Shown here: positions 19,222-28,198 of the stretch, piece by piece | Position numbering within the stretch: the stretch's first letter is position 1 | Layout of the letters: each line of letters opens with the position of its first letter | Assembly: GCA_050916045.1 (NCBI GenBank) | Contig: CP051526.1 | Location: 2,624,001 to 2,688,000 of the forward strand | Origin: Tepidisphaera sp. | Lineage (GTDB): Bacteria; Planctomycetota; Phycisphaerae; Phycisphaerales; UBA1924 | Reading direction: 5' to 3' | Length of the DNA: 64,000 bases | Program-made: the position numbers and the translations under genes | The notes under the pieces: generated by a model | Told to the model about the DNA's origin: nothing | Database searches by the model: none | Seen by the model: only the letters and a program-made list of their open reading frames with translations

Positions 19222-20121
19222 TCACCATTCTCCGGTCAGGATCCGATCGATCGCCATCGCGACGCCGTCTTCGTGGTTCGCAGCGGTGTGGTGTTTGGCG
19301 GCGGCTTTCACTTTGGGGATGGCGTTGCCCATGGCGATGCCGAGGCCGGCGCCTTCGATCATGGTGATGTCGTTGATCTCATCGCCGATGGCGGCGATGC
19401 GGTGGGCTGGGATCCCCCACTGCTTGGAGAGGTGGGAGATGGCGGACCATTTGGTAGCGCCCTTGTCGAAAGCTTCGAGGATGTGGAGGGTTTCGCCGTC
19501 GCGGCTGGTTTTGACGTGGTGGGGAGCGACGACGGCTCCGAACTGGTGGACGACGACGGTGTCGAGGAAGCGGGCACGCATCATCGTTTCGGCGGCGGCC
19601 ATGCGTGAGGAGATGCCGCAGGCGCCGACGCGAACGGTGTGCTCGGGGTGTTCATCTTCATCGAGGGAAGCGACCTCGCGGACGCGGACGGACATGGAGG
19701 TGAACCACCACTGGGTGACGGGGTCAAGCGGGACGTTGCGCGGACCGCGGACGACGAGGTAGTCGTAGCCGGCGGCGACGGGGTCCTTGAGGACGAGCGC
19801 GGCGTGGTCCATCTCGAGCATGATCGCGACGGCGTGGTGGACGATGTCGCGCGACATGGAGAAGCGGTGGAGCGTCGCGGAGGTCTCAGGGCAGGCGATA
19901 ATCGCGCCGCCGGCGACGACGACGGGGTCCTTCTGGTCGACCATCGCGGTGACGTGCTTGCATTCGGCGAGGCCGCGGCCGGTGCAGATGACGGTGCGCA
20001 TCCCCGCGGCGCGGGCGCGGCGGAGAGCGTCCCTGTTCCGCTCGGAGACGCCGCCGACACCGCCGCCATGACCCAGCAGGGTGCCGTCGAGGTCGATCGC
20101 GAGGAGGTCGTAGCGGGGCAT
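19222..20121 (-). CDS. Cof-type HAD-IIB hydrolase
   Basis: DLDGTLL, CTGR, ATKW, AIGDEINDITMI, AMGNA. Confidence 0.93.
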   Translation of the reverse strand: MPRYDLLAIDLDGTLLGHGGGVGGVSERNRDALRRARAAGMRTVICTGRGLAECKHVTAMVDQKDPVVVAGGAIIACPETSATLHRFSMSRDIVHHAVAIMLEMDHAALVLKDPVAAGYDYLVVRGPRNVPLDPVTQWWFTSMSVRVREVASLDEDEHPEHTVRVGACGISSRMAAAETMMRARFLDTVVVHQFGAVVAPHHVKTSRDGETLHILEAFDKGATKWSAISHLSKQWGIPAHRIAAIGDEINDITMIEGAGLGIAMGNAIPKVKAAAKHHTAANHEDGVAMAIDRILTGEW

Positions 20122-20183
20122 GGGCGAAATGTAGGGAATGCGGGGGTGGTTTGAAGGGTTGGTTGTCGGTGACTTGAGATGTG

Positions 20184-20267
20184 TCGCCCCGTTGGGGCTT
20201 GGTGAAACGTGACGGCAGCGACCCAGGCCTGACGGCCTGGGCTTTCTTCTGACGCCCCTTTGGGGCG
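20184..20267. repeat. REP-like triple-hairpin intergenic element
   Basis: GCCCC-GTT-GGGGC, CCCAGGCC-TGAC-GGCCTGGG, CGCCCC-TTT-GGGGCG. Confidence 0.7.
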
Positions 20268-20319
20268 AGAATGCAGCGGGACATGCTGCGCTCATGCCGT
20301 CGTGAACGACGATCGAAGA

Positions 20320-20386
20320 CCCCTCACGGCCCTCCGCAAAGCCTTCGGGCACCTCTCCCCGTTCTCAGAGCAGAACGGGGAGAGGG
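20320..20386. repeat. CCCCTCAC...CTCTCCCC/GGGGAGAGG palindromic element; may also terminate the S41 gene
   Basis: 14 bp perfect stem CCTCTCCCCGTTCT/AGAACGGGGAGAGG at 20352-20385. Confidence 0.65.
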
Positions 20387-20394
20387 AGGGCTGT

Positions 20395-22644
20395 TTACTT
20401 CGACGCGTTGGCCTGTCGGACGCCGCCGCCGTAGCTCTGGGCTTCGAGGAGGACGAGGGCGGCTTCGAGCTGGAGGTCGAGGTTCTTGGCGAGCAGGTCG
20501 TTGGGGTCGACGGGCTTGGAGCCGGGCTCGGGGAGGACGTCGGCGTTCTTGCGGAGGGTGATGGAGTCGCCGATCTGCTTGGGGAGCATCTCGACCTCGA
20601 GGTTGGGATCAACACCCCAGATGTCCGCGCCGGGGCGGCGGTGGATGATGCGCATGTCGGGGAGGAGGTAGTACTGGGAGGTGAGCTTGAGGCGGGACTT
20701 TCGGCCGGGGAGGTCGTAGACCTGCTGGACGCTTCCCTTGCCGTAGCTTCGCTGTCCGAGGACGACGACGGGGACATCGCCCTTGTTGCCGTAGAACTGG
20801 AGGGCGCCGGCGACGATCTCGCTCGCGGAAGCGGAGCCTCGGTTGACGAGGACGACGGTGGGCATGTCGTCGAGGACGGCGATGTTGGCGCCCTTGCCGG
20901 CGATCTCGGCGGGTTCGCCGGGGCCCTGGGTCAGGACGATCTGTCCGCTATTGACCCAGGCTTGGGCGACGCGGATGCCCTGGTCGAGGAGGCCGCCGGG
21001 GTTGAAGCGGAGGTCGAGGACGAGGCCCTTGGCGCCCTGCTTCTTGGCTTCGGTCGCGGCTTGCGCGACTTCCTTGCCGGTGAAGTCGGTGAAGCCGGAG
21101 ACGCGGATGTAGGCGATTTTGGCGGCGGAATCGACGAAGAAGTCCCAGTCGGTTTCCTTCTCGCCGGTCCGCTTCCAGCCCTTGACGGAGGGGACTTCGA
21201 TGCGGGCACGCTTGAGGGCGAATTCTTTCTCGACCTTGAGGGGATCGCCGCCGCCCTCGGGGGCGATCTTGCGCTCGACGGTCACGTTGACGGGGGTGCC
21301 GGCTTTGCCGGTGATGAGATCGACGACGCCGTCGATGGGGAGGCCGTAGACGGACTTGCCGTCGACCTTGCTGATGACGTCGTCGGCTTTGATGCCGGCT
21401 TTGTGGGCGGGGGTGCCTTCGAGGGGGCTTACGACGCGGACGTTGGAGGCTTCGTCGAACTCGATGTGGACGCCGACGCCGGCGAAGCTGCCGGCGATCA
21501 TCTTGTTGAAGCGGGAGACTTCGTGGGGCCAGACGATGGCGCTGAACTCGTCGAGGGAGCCCATGCCGCCGTTGCCGAACTCGTAGAGCATCGCGGCGGT
21601 CGGGATCTTGACGCTGGACTGGTTGGCGTTGCCGAGACGGCGGATGACACGGTCGAGGTCGGCGGCGCCGACATCCTTGTCGGCTTCGATCTTGGCTTGT
21701 TCTTCGTCAAGCACGGTGAGCATGGCTTGGCGGTCGATCTCGGCGCCAAGGCCGGGGAAGATCTCGCGAAGGTCGCTGGTGGTGAGGAGCGTGCGGACGC
21801 CGTCGATGCCTCCGAGAATGACGCGCTTCCAGTCGGCGAGGTCGACGTGGGCTTCGGCCGAGCGTGTGAGCGCGGCGCGGACGACTTCCTCGGTCACACC
21901 GACGAGCTTCTCCTTGAAGTCATCGCCGAGGGCGTTGTAGGGCGGGAGCGGCTTGCCGTCGGACGCCAGACGGCGCTCGTTCTGAAGCTCCCAGAGGCGC
22001 TTGGGGGAGTACATGCGGAGCATGTTGAGGCGGTGGCCGACGCGTTCGGCGGCGTCCTTGTAGAACTGGCCCTTGGGGGTTTCCTCGAGCATGAGGTGCA
22101 AGCGGAGCATGAGCTCGCTGGCGGTCAGCCACTTGCCTTCGCGTTCGGCGTCCTGAGCGGCGGCGTCGGCTTTGGTGATGAGGTCGGCGACGAGGGGCTC
22201 TTTGAGGACGGCGGCTTTGTCGGAGACGAGGTCGGTGAGCTCCATCGCGGAGATGAGGGCTTTGGAGAGGGAAGCGACGCCCTTGTCCTCGGCGAGTGCT
22301 TTGGTCATCTCCTGACGGACTTCGTCGGCGCGGCGGGCGCGTTCGGATTCGCGCCAGGCGTAGTGCTCGCGAAGGCGAGCGACGGAGTCGGCGAGGGGGG
22401 CGTTGGCGGTGGCGACATCGGCGGGGAGGGAAGCGAGGAGCTTCTCGAAGGCGAGCTTGTCGCCGGCTTTGGCGGCGGCCCAGAGACTCGCGGCCCAGTC
22501 GTTCATCGACTTGGTGGGTGCGGCGACGGCGACCTGAGACGCGGGCTGTCCGGCGGCTTGGGCGAGCGCGGCAGGGGAAACCAGGACGGACGAAGCGAGA
22601 GCGAGAAGAGATCCGACCCAGAACGAAGATTTGGATGAACGCAC
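20395..22644 (-). CDS. S41 family C-terminal processing protease (CtpA-like) with PDZ domain and long N-terminal helical extension
   Basis: FAGVGV, TPAHKAGI, VLDLRFNPGGLL, SASASEIVAGALQ, SYGKGSVQ; signal peptide; start uncertain (22644 or 22692). Confidence 0.92.
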   Translation of the reverse strand: MRSSKSSFWVGSLLALASSVLVSPAALAQAAGQPASQVAVAAPTKSMNDWAASLWAAAKAGDKLAFEKLLASLPADVATANAPLADSVARLREHYAWRESERARRADEVRQEMTKALAEDKGVASLSKALISAMELTDLVSDKAAVLKEPLVADLITKADAAAQDAEREGKWLTASELMLRLHLMLEETPKGQFYKDAAERVGHRLNMLRMYSPKRLWELQNERRLASDGKPLPPYNALGDDFKEKLVGVTEEVVRAALTRSAEAHVDLADWKRVILGGIDGVRTLLTTSDLREIFPGLGAEIDRQAMLTVLDEEQAKIEADKDVGAADLDRVIRRLGNANQSSVKIPTAAMLYEFGNGGMGSLDEFSAIVWPHEVSRFNKMIAGSFAGVGVHIEFDEASNVRVVSPLEGTPAHKAGIKADDVISKVDGKSVYGLPIDGVVDLITGKAGTPVNVTVERKIAPEGGGDPLKVEKEFALKRARIEVPSVKGWKRTGEKETDWDFFVDSAAKIAYIRVSGFTDFTGKEVAQAATEAKKQGAKGLVLDLRFNPGGLLDQGIRVAQAWVNSGQIVLTQGPGEPAEIAGKGANIAVLDDMPTVVLVNRGSASASEIVAGALQFYGNKGDVPVVVLGQRSYGKGSVQQVYDLPGRKSRLKLTSQYYLLPDMRIIHRRPGADIWGVDPNLEVEMLPKQIGDSITLRKNADVLPEPGSKPVDPNDLLAKNLDLQLEAALVLLEAQSYGGGVRQANASK

Positions 22645-22926
22645 GCCGAGATCCTCCGAAAGTTCCGACAGAAGTCCGCGGAAACTCCGCATCGCGGAAC
22701 GGCACGATCCAGGGCCGCTCCGCGCACCACAACTCCGGACGCCGCGAGATCGATCGGTCCCGCGTGCGGCGCGGACCAGCCGCTTCCGGCAATTTCCGCG
22801 CGAACGCATGCTATCGGGCCCGCCCGATCGACGCACGTCCGAACAGTTGTACCGAGAATCGCCCCGACGGGTTCGCGGCCTGGGTGGAAGCCCGAACCGG
22901 GGGCTGTGGTTCGGCGGCGGGCGGCT

Positions 22927-24222
22927 TTACGGCTGCTTGGCGAGGTGGCGGACCTTCTGGATGACGAACAGGGTCCAGATGAGGGCGAGGGCACCGACCA
23001 TGCCGAAGAGGATGGGGCCGATCTGGGGCTCTTCGGTCGCTGGGGCACCGGCGGCGAGGGCGGGGGTGAACAGCGTGGCGAGCATGCCGCAACCGGGGCC
23101 GATGGTGTAGCCGATGCCGACGAGGGTCTCGTGGGTCCCGCCGGCGTCGACATCGCTCTTGTGGACTTCCATCGCGTAGTAGATCGCGCCGGAATAGATG
23201 GTGGCAGCGCCGATGCCGAAGATGGCCAGGCCGAGGATCATGATGGGGAGGACGGGGGCGGAGGCGCCCCAGAGCGGGCTTGTCACGGCGATGCCGAAGC
23301 CGGCGACGACCATGAGGCCCCCCACCACGATCGCGGACCACTTGCCGTGCCAGCCGGCCCAGTAGCCAAGGATGCCGAAAGCCAGGACGCGCGGGAGGAC
23401 CCAGGCGAGGCCGTAGATCGGCTGCATCTCGGGCTCGATGCCCTGCGAGCGGAACATCGTCGCGAGCATCGGCGTGAGGCTGGTGAGGACGGTGTAGACC
23501 ATCGGCATGAGCAAGCGGAAAGCGATGAGGAGGCGTTCGTAGACGGGCGGGTGCGGCTCGTGGTCGTCGATATGCGGGACGGGCTCGCGGGTATGCCAGC
23601 GGAGGAGGGCGAGGCAGGAGAGATGGATGATGCCCATGAGGGCGATGGCTTCGGTCGGGTGCTTGCCGACCATGGGAGCCGAGATGAGCGCGGCGGGAAT
23701 GGCGGCGGAAGACCAGGCGACGTTCCAGAAGCCCATGGTGCGTCGGAGTTCGCCGCCGCGGCGGCCGCCGGCGATGTAGCTTTCGACGACGGGCCAGAGG
23801 AGGCCGGTGAGGGAGCTGTAGGTGAGGACGGTGGCCCAGATGCCCAGGAGCTCGACGCCCTTGCGGGAGGAGGCTTCGATGGGGAGGCGAGAGATGACAA
23901 GGGGGATGATGCAGAGGGCGGCGAGCAGGAACATGAGGGTGGCGAGGACGCCGCGGGAAGAGAGCTTGCAGCGGTGGCGGAGCCAGTTCAGGACCGGCTG
24001 GGTCATGTACGCCATCGCGACGTAGGTGATGCCCATCCAGAGGGCGAGGTGGAAGTTCTGCGTGCGGGTAAAGCCGAACCCGGGTCCGGAGGTGATGTAG
24101 AAGATGCCGTTGGTGACCAGAGCGGTCCCGACGGAGTTGAGGAAGGTGAAGAGGTGGACCGTCCACGCCGGCGTCGGGAGGGAGCTTGGGAGGGCGGCGG
24201 CGATCGGGTGAGGAGTTGCCAT
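22927..24222 (-). CDS. MFS-like multi-pass membrane protein
   Basis: About 12 hydrophobic segments in 6+6 arrangement; HETLVGIGYTIGP. Confidence 0.75.
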   Translation of the reverse strand: MATPHPIAAALPSSLPTPAWTVHLFTFLNSVGTALVTNGIFYITSGPGFGFTRTQNFHLALWMGITYVAMAYMTQPVLNWLRHRCKLSSRGVLATLMFLLAALCIIPLVISRLPIEASSRKGVELLGIWATVLTYSSLTGLLWPVVESYIAGGRRGGELRRTMGFWNVAWSSAAIPAALISAPMVGKHPTEAIALMGIIHLSCLALLRWHTREPVPHIDDHEPHPPVYERLLIAFRLLMPMVYTVLTSLTPMLATMFRSQGIEPEMQPIYGLAWVLPRVLAFGILGYWAGWHGKWSAIVVGGLMVVAGFGIAVTSPLWGASAPVLPIMILGLAIFGIGAATIYSGAIYYAMEVHKSDVDAGGTHETLVGIGYTIGPGCGMLATLFTPALAAGAPATEEPQIGPILFGMVGALALIWTLFVIQKVRHLAKQP

Positions 24223-24263
24223 AGGGGCGGGCCGATCGTAGCATGGGGGGCTGGAACAACCGG

Positions 24264-24337
24264 GTGCCCGTAGCTCAATTGGATAGAGCGCTGCCCTCCG
24301 AAGGCAGAGGTTGCAGGTTCGACTCCTGCCGGGCACG
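24264..24337 (+). tRNA. tRNA-Arg (anticodon CCG), CCA not encoded
   Basis: Acceptor stem GTGCCCG/CGGGCAC, D arm GCTC..GGATA..GAGC, anticodon arm CTGCC-CTCCGAA-GGCAG, T arm GCAGG-TTCGACT-CCTGC. Confidence 0.97.
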
Positions 24338-24403
24338 TTTGAGGGGTGGTGTGCGGACGCCGAGGTCCTCGAAGCCTCGGATGACTTCTTTGTGCTTGGG
24401 CGC

Positions 24404-24615
24404 GGTGCCACGACCTGCCGCTTCGGCTGGTCGTGGATGGGTCAACTGCTTCGCAGTCTCGTCCCTCGCGCCTCGGGTTCACGCTTGCGGTGCGCTGCAC
24501 GGCCGTTTGGGTGGTGGGCGCGGGGCCATCGCTCGAGAATACCGCGGCGACGGACGACGAGTCGATCAGGTTCGAAGTCCATCCACGACCAGCCGAAGCG
24601 GCAGGTCGTGGCACC
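24404..24615. repeat. REP-like doublet 1: perfect 37 bp inverted repeats, each itself a hairpin
   Basis: GGTGCCACGACCTGCCGCTTCGGCTGGTCGTGGATGG at 24404-24440 and its exact reverse complement at 24579-24615. Confidence 0.9.
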
Positions 24616-24683
24616 CCTGCCTTCGGTTATACTGGGTTGAATGCTGCCGAAGGGGACCCACCCAATCCGAGAGGAGAGGCACA

Positions 24684-25626
24684 GTCGTGCCACCCGCCGC
24701 AGGTCACTGAAGCATATTGGAATCAAAGTAAAGGAATTCGCTTGCCATGATTGCGATAACGCACGGTCGTGAACCATGCTCAAGTGATCACCTTCCTCCC
24801 GGTGACCTGATCGTGGACCGATTTTCTTCCCGCACTATGCTGATAAACTTGATGCTGTCAAGCATTGGCCCAAGCGCACTCGACGAGTTCACGCTTTACG
24901 CCGATGGTCGCAGGCGGGGAATGAGCGACTCAGGCACCTCTGGCGGCAGCTTCTTGAATGTTTACCAATCGTCGGAGGGCGTGCTGTTTTATGGCGGCGT
25001 GAAGCGGAAGCTTAACGGTGCCAAGTCTGTAGAGGCAGAGAAAGCGATGCATGCGGCACTCCGTGAACTACCTCCCTCCTTGAATAGCATTGTTCGCAAA
25101 CGCAATCCAAAGTCGCTCGGCGTCACGTTTGGAGCCTACTGGTGTGCTTCCACACGAAACTGGCGGGACCTCACGGGCTACGATCCGGAACTAGTCCACG
25201 CCAAGTCCATTCCGGAAGCAAGCCGATTGTACGCCGAGATCGACTCTTCATGGGCCCGAAAGGTCAGTCGGCAGTTGGAGATTCCTGATGCTGCCGATAC
25301 AGTTCTTAACATATTTAGCCGACGACCATTGACTGCGGAAATGTGCCGACAAGTCATGAAACCCTTTGTGTGGCCAAAGGCAGTTGACATCGCCTCGCTA
25401 TGTGGCTATCCCATAGCTTCGTTGTAATGTGATTCCCCGAAATGCTCTAGCGTTTAATTGCGGCCATGGCATCGATAAGGCAAAGATCTGCGACGTCGTA
25501 GCGTCTTGTCCACATATTCCGACCGCGAGTTGGCGGCTGATTTCCTGCTCGATTGCCGCGTAGGCGAGCCTTTGCTTCGTCCGCTTTCCGCCAGGTTTGG
25601 CCACATGAATCGGCGGGTGGCACGAC
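24684..25626. repeat. Perfect 16 bp inverted repeat pair enclosing an AT-richer segment
   Basis: GTCGTGCCACCCGCCG at 24684-24699 and CGGCGGGTGGCACGAC at 25611-25626. Confidence 0.85.
24747..25427 (+). CDS. Hypothetical protein of atypical (lower GC) composition
   Basis: 226 aa ORF with many A/T-ending codons; start uncertain. Confidence 0.65.
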   Translation: MIAITHGREPCSSDHLPPGDLIVDRFSSRTMLINLMLSSIGPSALDEFTLYADGRRRGMSDSGTSGGSFLNVYQSSEGVLFYGGVKRKLNGAKSVEAEKAMHAALRELPPSLNSIVRKRNPKSLGVTFGAYWCASTRNWRDLTGYDPELVHAKSIPEASRLYAEIDSSWARKVSRQLEIPDAADTVLNIFSRRPLTAEMCRQVMKPFVWPKAVDIASLCGYPIASL

Positions 25627-25696
25627 CGCCGTCCGGTCTTCCGGGGCCTCGGCGTGACTCCGTTGATTGGCGTGGGCGTGATGGAACAGAGGGCGG

Positions 25697-25921
25697 GGGT
25701 GCCACGATCCGCCGCTTCGGCGAATCGTGGATGAGCGTCGGTGCAGCATGAAACGTCGAATCCCTCAGCGTGGTATCGTGCAGGCGGGTGGCATGAATTG
25801 GGTTGCCCCAGTGGACGCCGCAAAGAGCGGCCCGGGTGACGCAAATGGCCTAACTGGCGTCTCCTGGTGCTACGGGCGTCCATCCATCACTAGGGTCGAA
25901 GCGACCCAACTGATGGCACCC
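25697..25921. repeat. REP-like doublet 2: diverged inverted copies of the same family
   Basis: GGGTGCCACGATCCGCCGCTTCGGCGAATCGTGGATG at 25697-25733; the reverse complement of 25880-25921 reads GGGTGCCATCAGTTGGGTCGCTTCGACCCTAGTGATGGATGG. Confidence 0.8.
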
Positions 25922-26048
25922 GGCTGGATCCTTGCTGGATTGGCCTGATTTCATCGGATTCGACCCGGCGGCCGCGCATGGCTAGTATTCACTAACACTG
26001 CGTGCTGCTCAGGCCGAGGGCGTGGCGTTGTGTGAAGGAGTGCGACCG

Positions 26049-26426
26049 ATGAATTCGGTGACTGTGAAGCCTCACTCGCCTGTGGTGCTCGTTGGGTTGC
26101 GGTGGGTTGCGCGGGCGGCGAGTGTGGTGAGCATCGGGCTGCTCGCGGCGTTTGCGTTTGGGGGCGGGGAGCCGGGGTTGCCGACGGCGAAGGAGTGGGT
26201 CGCGCTGGCGTTCTTTCCGGTCGGGGTGGTGGCGGGGATGGTGCTAGCGTGGTGGAAGGAAGTGCCCGGCGGGCTGGTGACGGCGGCGAGCTTGGCGGCG
26301 TTTTACGGGGTGATGTATGCTGAGCGGGGCGCGGTGCCGGGCGGGCCGTTCTTTGTGCTGTTCTCGCTGCCGGGGCTGGTGCTGCTGGTGTGCGGGTTGC
26401 TTGATCGGCGTGCTCGGACCGCGTGA
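26049..26426 (+). CDS. Small hypothetical membrane protein (about 4 TM)
   Basis: AAGGAG RBS; LRWVAR, LAWWKEVPGG. Confidence 0.75.
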   Translation: MNSVTVKPHSPVVLVGLRWVARAASVVSIGLLAAFAFGGGEPGLPTAKEWVALAFFPVGVVAGMVLAWWKEVPGGLVTAASLAAFYGVMYAERGAVPGGPFFVLFSLPGLVLLVCGLLDRRARTA

Positions 26427-26488
26427 GAATCGGACATCGGTGCGCGGAAATCGGTGGACGGGCCCTCGCGTGGCGTCACAATGCGTGC

Positions 26489-27613
26489 ATGCGGAGCGAT
26501 GCTCGGACAACTGGCACGGAAGGCCTGCCGTGGTCGGCGGCTCGGATGTACCGGGCGCTGGTCGAGCGGGATGACGCGTTTGACGGGAAGCTTTTCTTCG
26601 GCGTGAAGTCGACGGGGATCTTCTGCCGGCCGACGTGCGCGGCTCGCAAGCCGCTGGTCGAGAACGTCGAGTTTTTCGCTACGGCTCACCAGGCGATGTT
26701 CGCGGGGTATCGGTCGTGCAAGCGGTGTCGGCCGATGGAGGACGTCGCGGCGGCGCGGTCGGCACCGGCTTGGGCCATTGCGCTCAAGCGGGAAGCGGAC
26801 GACAACCCTGGCGTGAAGCTTCGCGATGCGGATCTGCGGGCGCGGGGCTTGGATCCGTCGACGGTGCGGCGGGTGTTTCAGTCGCACTACGGCAGCACGT
26901 TTCAGCAGTATGCGCGGGCGCGGCGGATGGGGCTTGCGCTCGCGGCGGTGCGGGCGGGCAAGCCGCTTGGAGTGGTGAAGATGACATCGGGACATGAGTC
27001 GGATTCTGGGATTCGTGAAGCGTTCGCGAGGCTTTTCGGCGAGACGCCGGCGAAGGGTGTGGATGCCCGGGTGCTGATGTCGCGGTGGATCGAGACGCCG
27101 CTTGGAGCGATGCTGGCGGTGGCGGATGATGCGGGGCTCCGCGTGCTTGATTTTGTCGACCGTCGCGGCTTGGAGCGGCAGATCAAGCGGATGCGGGCGA
27201 AGCTTGGGTGCGTGATCGTGCCGGGGGCGCACCGGTATCTTGACGCGATCGAGCGCGAGCTTGCGAAGTACTTCGCCGGCGAGTCGTGGCTCGGCCAGCG
27301 CGGCTCATCGCTGAGCGTGCCGCTTGCGGCCGAAGGCACGCCGTTCCAGCGCGAGGTGTGGGCGGAGCTTCAGCGGATCCCGCTCGGCGAGACGCGGTCG
27401 TACGGCAAGCAAGCGGCTTCGATCGGCAAGCCCGAGGCGGTGCGGGCGGTGGCCCGGGCGAACGGGGAGAACTTTCTGAGTCTGGTGATCCCCTGCCATC
27501 GCGTGATCGGCGCGAGCGGGGACATGACGGGGTACGGCGGGGGGATCTGGCGGAAGCGGTGGCTTTTGGATCATGAGATGAAGATGGCGGGGAAGGTGCT
27601 GGCGGGGGTGTGA
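26489..27613 (+). CDS. ada: Bifunctional transcriptional activator / O6-methylguanine-DNA methyltransferase Ada
   Basis: TGIFCRPTC, RSCKRC zinc site, AraC-like middle region, IPCHRVIG active site. Confidence 0.94.
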   Translation: MRSDARTTGTEGLPWSAARMYRALVERDDAFDGKLFFGVKSTGIFCRPTCAARKPLVENVEFFATAHQAMFAGYRSCKRCRPMEDVAAARSAPAWAIALKREADDNPGVKLRDADLRARGLDPSTVRRVFQSHYGSTFQQYARARRMGLALAAVRAGKPLGVVKMTSGHESDSGIREAFARLFGETPAKGVDARVLMSRWIETPLGAMLAVADDAGLRVLDFVDRRGLERQIKRMRAKLGCVIVPGAHRYLDAIERELAKYFAGESWLGQRGSSLSVPLAAEGTPFQREVWAELQRIPLGETRSYGKQAASIGKPEAVRAVARANGENFLSLVIPCHRVIGASGDMTGYGGGIWRKRWLLDHEMKMAGKVLAGV

Positions 27614-27799
27614 AGTTCGGAGCGATCGAGGCGTTCTCGCGGAAAGAAGCTGAGCGACCGACGGCCCCGACATCCACCACGCCGCGAGCGATGTGTGACG
27701 TCGCACGCGGCCTCCGGCGTGATGAGCGTCTGTCGTTTCGCTCGAAGGCTGTTGGATGCCGGACCAGGCGTTCCAATCATGCTTTCAGGGAGATTCACG

Positions 27800-28198
27800 A
27801 TGGCCGAGTCGAACGCAGCGCCGAAATCCAAAGCGATGTTCTGGGCGGGTTGGGTGCTTTCGATCCTGCCGTGCGGGTTGCTGCTTTTCAGCGCTGCGGG
27901 CAAGTTCGCGGGCGGGAAGGACCTTGAAGACGGGTTCGCGCATCTGGGCTGGCCGATCGGTCTCGCGATGACTCTGGGGATCATCGAGCTTGTCGCGACG
28001 ATCGTGTATCTGGTGCCGCAGACGGCGGTGCTTGGAGCGATTCTGCTGACAGGTTACATGGGCGGGGCGATGGCGACGCACCTTCGGATTGAGGAACCGG
28101 TGTTCGTCCAGTTCGGTGTGGGCGTGGTGCTTTGGCTTGGGCTGTATCTGCGTGAGCCGCGGCTTCGGGCGCTGATCCCGTTCCGTACAGTGCGCTGA
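27800..28198 (+). CDS. DoxX-like family membrane protein
   Basis: LGIIEL, P.TAVLGAILLTGYMGGAMATHLR, LREPRLRAL. Confidence 0.88.
   Translation: MAESNAAPKSKAMFWAGWVLSILPCGLLLFSAAGKFAGGKDLEDGFAHLGWPIGLAMTLGIIELVATIVYLVPQTAVLGAILLTGYMGGAMATHLRIEEPVFVQFGVGVVLWLGLYLREPRLRALIPFRTVR

Noticed and set aside
20260..22638. 792 aa plus-strand ORF, and similar long ORFs such as 29578-32565, 52889-54694 and 45573-47402
   Set aside because: These are antisense shadows of well-supported genes, expected in high-GC DNA
24404..25921. 37 bp palindromic repeats as a CRISPR array
   Set aside because: The copies are inverted, few, and separated by long irregular spacers; there are no cas genes
24264..26020. Classical integrative island at tRNA-Arg
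   Set aside because: No integrase, and no direct repeat of the tRNA 3' end seen downstream
27731..27757. Second ECF42 promoter before the DoxX gene (TGTCGT-N17-GGAT)
   Set aside because: Mismatches in both elements; too weak without a motif model
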